Below are positions 34,010 through 39,705 of a stretch of DNA of 39,705 nucleotides, piece after piece. Source of the DNA: Octopus bimaculoides. Taxonomy: Eukaryota. The translations under genes were made by a program, and so were the position numbers. Where the stretch lies: positions 24,898,000-24,937,704 of the forward strand of contig NC_068995.1 in NCBI RefSeq assembly GCF_001194135.2, read 5' to 3'. Each line of letters begins with the position of its first letter. The first letter of the stretch is position 1. The notes beneath the pieces were generated by a model, which saw only the letters and a program-made list of their open reading frames with translations, made no database searches and was not told the origin of the DNA.

Positions 34010-35847
34010 TTGTGTCTTGGAAGGGTCATTATGCCAATAATAACACACGCACACACAATATCACTTCTTTATTGTTAGTCAATCGGTTAAATATCTAACC
34101 ATCAAACTAATCGATCGTTTATTTAATACATTGCTTAAACAATCAATCAGGTGTTACATTGTCAAAACCCTTTCGTCGCTATCTGCGATCATATTAATGA
34201 CATATCGCCTCTCATCGAGCTCTGTTTGCTTTGAGTCCGTCTGAGAACTAGTCTCATGCCTGTGTACCTGTATGCTTGTATGTGTGGTTGTAGATGCGTA
34301 GTTGCTTAAAAGAAAAGGAAAGAGTGAAAGTAAACGAAGACTATGTCCGCGTCTGCGCGCGTGTGTTAATGTATGTGTACAGTTGTGTGTGCTTGCCTCT
34401 ATGTTCATGTGTGTGTGAGTATGCGTGCATTGACCATCCATGATCTCTTTAATGGTTCAGCCTTTTGTCCAAGGTCTGTTCGGTCTGAGATCTGCTGGGA
34501 TTTGTTTACCCCCTCCCCGTAAAGATTTATGAGGGGAAGGGAGAAGGTGAGGGTAGGTGTGTGTGAGAGAGAGAGAAAGAGAAAGAGAGAGCATTCCTGC
34601 AAGCGCGCAGGTGTAGGGTCTAATGTGGCTGTCGACTACTGTTCGATTTGCTAGAAATTGTTGTTAAATCTGTTTCTCATTTGAAACTATCCTCTTAGAA
34701 ATGGATAAATATACCGACGAAATAGTGTTGAGTATTTTATCACAAAAAATGAAGACGAGATAGTCACGACTAAGATGTACTCGGAAATCTAGAGAATCTC
34801 ATACGACGGCCGCGTCACACAATATATCAAAATAATAACCTCAATATGTCCACACTCAACAGCAAGTGGCACTTGTATCACGAGACAACATGGCCACACA
34901 TCAGTAAAATCTTTAATTTGGTCATTAAAATGGGAGAGTACAATAGATAATTTAGTCCGAGATATATCATAGCTGTAAAACCTTGGAATAGCCATTACTA
35001 TTGTTTATAGCTTTTGTTTTTGCTTTCGTTTTTACCAAATATTCTTCGAAAATAAATATCTAAAAACCACAGGCAGACGATCGCCTCCACCTACACCCTC
35101 TGCCTAGACCTTGACTTCGATCCCTTCCATCATTCAGACACCAGACAAGCAAAATGAAAGTGTAAAAACTCAAAAGCATCAGAGCTTGACAAAATTACGC
35201 CAAGAAATTCATAGAATCACTGCACTAGTCTATGTTAACTGTTACTCGAAGCAACATTTCTAAACTAGCAGAATTATATAAAAGAAAAAGAAAAAAAAAG
35301 GACAAAATCTTCACTTTTCTGAAGTGTAATAAAACACAAGTGAAGTAATATCACGCAAACATATTACCTTTGTATACAGACTGCCAAGCATTTTTAGAAA
35401 ATCTTAATGCCGGTATCAGTAGTCATCCCATTCCCGCTCTCCGCATCACAACACTCGACCATTCGATCACCAGAATACTCTCAAACGTTATACCTAAACA
35501 TCAAAATACTCGTGCGCACCAATTTTTGCCATCACATTAGTAACTACCCTTCTTATCTCCCAAAATACAACATACTAAACACCCAAAGAAATTGCAAAAT
35601 ATTACCTCGTATAGAAAACAGTGGAAGATATAGACAGGGGTAACAACTCCAAAGTAAAACTGGAAATGAATTAATTACGCGGAATATATATGTGGCTTGT
35701 GTGTTTTCTGTACTCTGGTTATTATTATTTTCTTGTCTACGTTTTGTTTGCAATGTCCTGTACCCAGATATGCACCTATGTATACAGGTAGACGTAGGTA
35801 TGCACATACCTGTACGTATATATGCATATACTCATTTATTATTTGTT

Positions 35848-35883
<36 letters not shown>

Positions 35884-35901
35884 TATATATATATATATAT
35901 A

Positions 35902-36002
35902 TTGGAGAATTTACGAAAAAAAAAACAACAGACGAGGACAGGTGGTGTAGACAACAAAAGGATGTATTAGTTTAACGCTCGGGAATACAGAAAGTCATAA
36001 CG
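35902..36002 (-). mobile_element. Second, 5'-truncated copy of the 7451-7650 repeat, ending in (TA)n
   Basis: Minus strand cgttatgactttctgtattcccgagcgttaaactaatacatccttttgttgtctacaccacctgtcctcgtctgttg...aattctccaa(TA)n. Confidence 0.85.
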
Positions 36003-36649
36003 AAATTGAATGTGATAAATTGTAAGTTAAGTAATTATTTGAAGACGCTGTCGACACATGCATACAAATTCTACGGATCAGTTTTTCAGTGTCTAAGTTT
36101 ATCAATAGCTATATGTTAATAATCTTCCCTTGGATAGAGATGAAAGAGTAAGAAGACTGAAAACATGTCATACCGATGTCACTTTTTCAACTCATGGAGA
36201 GATAAAACTCTATAGTGTAATTACTTTACTTTTTGTACTCTTCATAGTAAGGCTAAAATTGTTTCTTTATCAAGGAAGTTTTCATTACAAGTCAAAGTGC
36301 CCCAAAACGCCGTAAAGTGCAATATCAATCTGTAAGAGTTACTTCCCCTACATATTTATCAAAAAAGTAATCAACATTCTAAATTGTTCCCAGAAGTCTC
36401 AGATTTAATTGAAATACATTAAATATAGTTGAAATATATATTGAATTTTTAGGAAAGAATACACGTGTTTGCAAGAGACTTAAATTTTGAAAAGTTAAGG
36501 AGAAGATATGAAATGTTGATATCCTGTTTCTGTATCCCCCCACCCCAGCTTTACCAGGCTTCTTCCGGGTGCACAACGCCCTCAGTTATTCTCTATTATT
36601 CTCAGTGCTAATAAACTTCATAACTAGGAGAAAGGCAAGTAGTGTGCTG

Positions 36650-36683
<34 letters not shown>

Positions 36684-36957
36684 ATGTATGTATGTATGTA
36701 TATACAGAAACAGATATGCGCACACACAAACATAGATACACACGCAGAGGCATACATGCACACTCACTCATATATACCCCCCACCCCACCCCATACACAC
36801 ACTTGTACAGCTGTCAACCTCTCGAAGTTTTAGTGCAAATAAATAACATTTTTATCAGTTATCAATGCAAGCGATTTCAGTACCTGCTGCCTTTCATTAA
36901 TGCAAGTAATAGCATTTGCGTAATATTTCATAGTGTAAAATATGAAAGAAGAGATAT

Positions 36958-37168
36958 CAGAGACTTCCCAACCACTTGGTTCCGGGTTCAATTCCACTGC
37001 ATGGCACCTTGGGCAAGTGTCTTCTACCATAGCCTCGGGCCGACAAAAGTGAACGATAGAATAAGTACTTAGAATACGTCCTGGGGTCGATTTGTTCGAT
37101 TAAAGGCGGTGCTCCAGTATGGCCACAGTCAAATGAGTGAAACAAGTAAAAGAATAAAAGAATAGAAT
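36958..37168 (+). mobile_element. SINE family B with the central domain deleted
   Basis: Head (...agcctcgggccgacaaaag) joined directly to tail (...cgatagaataagtac...). Confidence 0.85.
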
Positions 37169-37249
37169 ACATTGACGATTTTTCTCGTAGATTCCCCACT
37201 CAAACACGCACGAGCGCACAGATACACTGTGGGACACTCATTCATCTGT

Positions 37250-37640
37250 AGTCAGCAGGAGAATACAGTGATTTCGGTACCTTCAAGCGATGCCGAGTAG
37301 CATTGATGCTATCAGGAAATATTTGGATAGCACATTTTCCCCTAATGTCATTAACACAACCATGCTGAGCCACACAATCTAGGGGATCCACTGAATACCG
37401 TAGCAGCAGACGACAGCGAAATTTTGTACCAGTGATGTTAAAGATAGTTGGAGTTTTGCGGCAGCATTATATAGCTCAGCTTTTGTAAGCCACTTAGGAA
37501 ACGAAGTTACACTGGTAGGAACATTCTGGAATGCCTTTCCATTCTCTCCACTCTTATTAGTAGTATATCATACACTTGGTGATGAGGGCATCTACAAAGG
37601 TGAATACAGTGGTAACATCATACGGTTAATTTCTCAACCA
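37250..37640 (-). mobile_element. Possible decayed PLE RT fragment of a different subfamily
   Basis: Minus strand YDVTTVFTFV (cf. FDVTSLFTNV) and, about 68 codons downstream, GSP...M..LGENVL (cf. MGSPLS..A..M..LE). Confidence 0.35.
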
Positions 37641-37679
37641 GATCTCAATTACTAATAGTGGTTATCCTTGCTTCATTTG

Positions 37680-37800
37680 TGTATGTATGTATGTAGGTAG
37701 GTAGGTAGGAAGGTAGGTAGGTAGGTAGGTAGGTAGGAAGGTAGGTAGGTAGGTAGGTAGGTAGGTGTGTGTGTGTATGTGTATGTATATATGTGCATGT
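37680..37800 (+). repeat. (TATG)/(GTAG)n microsatellite
   Basis: Directly visible. Confidence 0.95.
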
Positions 37801-37835
37801 ATGTATTAGATATATTTATATTATATACTAAATTA

Positions 37836-38052
37836 AGGTAGCGAGCTGGCAGAAACGTTAGCACGCCGGACGAAATGCTTAGCGGTATCTCATCCATCTT
37901 GACATTCTGACTTTAAATCCTGCGGAGGTCAACTTTGCCAGTCATCCTTTCGGAGTCGATAAAATAAGTAGCAGCTGTGCACTGAGGTCGATGCAGTCGA
38001 CTTCCTTTGCTCCTTAAAACTGCTGGTCTTGGGCCAAAATCTGAAAACATTA
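37836..38052 (+). mobile_element. SINE family A, full length
   Basis: aaggtagcgagctggcagaaacgttagcacgccggacgaaatgcttagcgg...ctgaaaacatt. Confidence 0.92.
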
Positions 38053-38441
38053 TTTTTTATTCTTTTCTTAAGATGGAGATGGTTTATGACAAAAACAAAA
38101 ACAAAAAACGGAAGAAAAAAAAGCTCCATCACTGGAATTTAGGGAAAAACAACCGTTAATAGTTACTCGTTAAACTTTAGAAAAATCGTTTCGAGATTGC
38201 CAATTATACATTTTCTAACATAACTAATTATGTTCATGATATAATTTTGTTACTAACCTAACATAATTGATTACACTAATAACTATAGGTATAAATGGGA
38301 ATTAATAATTTGGGTGGAGAAGCTGACCTTTACGACTGTACATAAATTTTCTTTTCTGTCCTATGTAACAATATCCTGGTACGTTTATTGTTTTTAGAAG
38401 TCTAAATGAGAATTTTCCACTAATTTATCTTGGATTAAAAT

Positions 38442-38443
<2 letters not shown>

Positions 38444-38478
<35 letters not shown>

Positions 38479-38698
38479 CGCACCATCACTTGACAACCGA
38501 TGCTGGTGTGCTTATGTCCCCGTAATCTAGCGGTTCGGCAAAAGAAACCGATAGAATAAGTACTAGACTTTCAAAGAATAAGTACTAGACTTTCAAAGAA
38601 TAAGTTCTACGGCGATTTCTTCGACTAAAACCTTTTAAGGCGAAGCTACAGTATGGCCGTAGTCAAATGACCGAAACAATTAAAAGAATGAAAGAATT
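38444..38698 (+). mobile_element. SINE family B 3' half, starting at the (GT)n tract, with a 22-bp tandem duplication
   Basis: agaataagtactagactttcaa x2 at ~38553-38596. Confidence 0.88.
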
Positions 38699-39396
38699 AT
38701 CAAAAGCCTTTTGTACGAGTGACCTTGTATATTGTTTTAGTAACAACATCATGTAACACTATAAGGTATTAGTGAAATTTATATTGTCGGCTATCAGCCA
38801 TAGTTAAAATGTCTTTCACAGAAATTTGATATAATCAAAATGCTCAGTTAAACATAGTGTTTCAGGGTGTCAATGTCTCTTTTGCTTATTAGGTATTTTG
38901 CGGCGATCTCTTTGTTTTTAGATAGCAAAAGCATAACCTCGAAGTGCAAAGTGACGTAATGGTTACAGGTCCGAGAAAGGTTATATTTCTATTGAATGTT
39001 AATATTGCCCTTAAGTTTACAGGAAACATACCCATGCACAACCTTTTTCGAGTTTACACAGAGTGTATCTTTTTTGTGACCCTTTTGTTGAGAAACATTA
39101 ATCCAGTAATTCTGGGGCTCGATTGGACCATCATCAGGAAGTGGATACTTCTTGAAGAGTTTGCTCTTGACTAGTAAGATATTGTTGTCTGCACTTTTAA
39201 ACAATTTTCTTCTGTTCTTATGTATTTATATATATTCTTAGTGTTTGGCAATCGACTTGCCAAAAACTATATCATGCTAAAGACGAACAAACCGGAAACT
39301 TCGAAGTCACTGTCAATCTTTCTCTTGCAAAAGTCAAATACTCATGTACTCCACAAAAAAGTACTGAGTACAAAGTACTTACATATGTAAAAATGC

Positions 39397-39487
39397 ATGT
39401 ATGTATGTATGTATGTATGTATGTATGTATGTATGTATGTATGCGTGTGTGCTTGTATATGGTGTGTGCGTGTGTGTGTGTGTGTGT
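39397..39487 (+). repeat. (TATG)n/(TG)n microsatellite
   Basis: Directly visible. Confidence 0.95.
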
Positions 39488-39548
39488 GGCTCCAAGTTCA
39501 GCCCCACTGCGTGGCACCTTGGGGAAAGTGTCTTCTACTAAAGCCCCA
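39487..39548 (+). mobile_element. SINE family B head fragment
   Basis: ggctccaagttcagccccactgcgtggcaccttggggaaagtgtcttctacta. Confidence 0.8.
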
Positions 39549-39705
39549 GGGAGCGGGGGCTGAGGGGCACGTGTCCCCTAAAGAAATGAAGTGCGCCCTT
39601 CTAAGTAATGTTATTACAACCTTTTCAGCTGGATTTGTATTCCCTTCTGAACTTATACCTTCCATTCGAAAAATTCGTGGGACCGCGCCTGTGTCATTTA
39701 TATAT

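Noticed and set aside
34154-34270. Minus-strand peptide ETSSQTDSKQTELDERRYVINMIADSDERVLTM as a terminal exon
   Set aside because: No recognisable homology and the acceptor is weak.
35100-35640. C/A-rich stretch with KASELDKIT, resembling a LINE RT remnant
   Set aside because: Single weak motif; downstream RT motifs could not be placed.
37400-37655. About 85-codon plus-strand open frame with SWSFAAALY, reminiscent of K2P channel pore helix
   Set aside because: No GYG/GFG selectivity filter or splice support; the opposite strand fits a PLE RT remnant better.
39105-39145. Minus-strand CTGATGATGG...CCAGAAT
   Set aside because: GAAA core, helix III and helix I are absent; at best a decayed remnant.
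1196-39517. Poly-Ser, His-Thr, Ile-Tyr-Leu-Ser, Val-Cys and similar ORFs
   Set aside because: Translations of microsatellites or SINEs; no coding evidence.
1783-39548. tRNA genes
   Set aside because: All A/B-box-containing segments are SINE heads continuing into repeat bodies; no full cloverleaf was seen.
1-39705. CRISPR array or prokaryotic operon
   Set aside because: No regularly spaced repeats with unique spacers and no compact gene organisation; the sequence is eukaryotic repeat-rich DNA.

Overview
Repeat-rich, AT-rich eukaryotic (animal) genomic DNA with four assembly gaps and no confidently identifiable host gene. The SINE families and dense microsatellites suggest a cephalopod, probably Octopus (inference, not verified). 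Nearly all ORFs in the supplied track are microsatellite, SINE or N-run artefacts. The window holds about 20 tRNA-derived SINE copies in three families, several MITEs (pogo/Tigger-like, hAT-like, piggyBac-like, one foldback-like), a decayed mariner-like transposase and an RTE endonuclease fragment. It also holds several Penelope-like element (PLE) remnants with RT and GIY-YIG motifs that the ORF track misses. The most interesting signal is a short repeat carrying a variant minimal hammerhead-ribozyme-like motif (7515-7541: CTGTTGA core, palindromic helix III). A second copy of that repeat (35902-36002) starts within a few bases of the predicted cleavage site, and both copies end in (TA)n. Also notable are two PLE loci whose endonuclease segment is inverted relative to the RT segment, and a 98%-identical 112-bp inverted duplication inside the dead transposase. 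All alignments were done by eye and most repeat boundaries are approximate.
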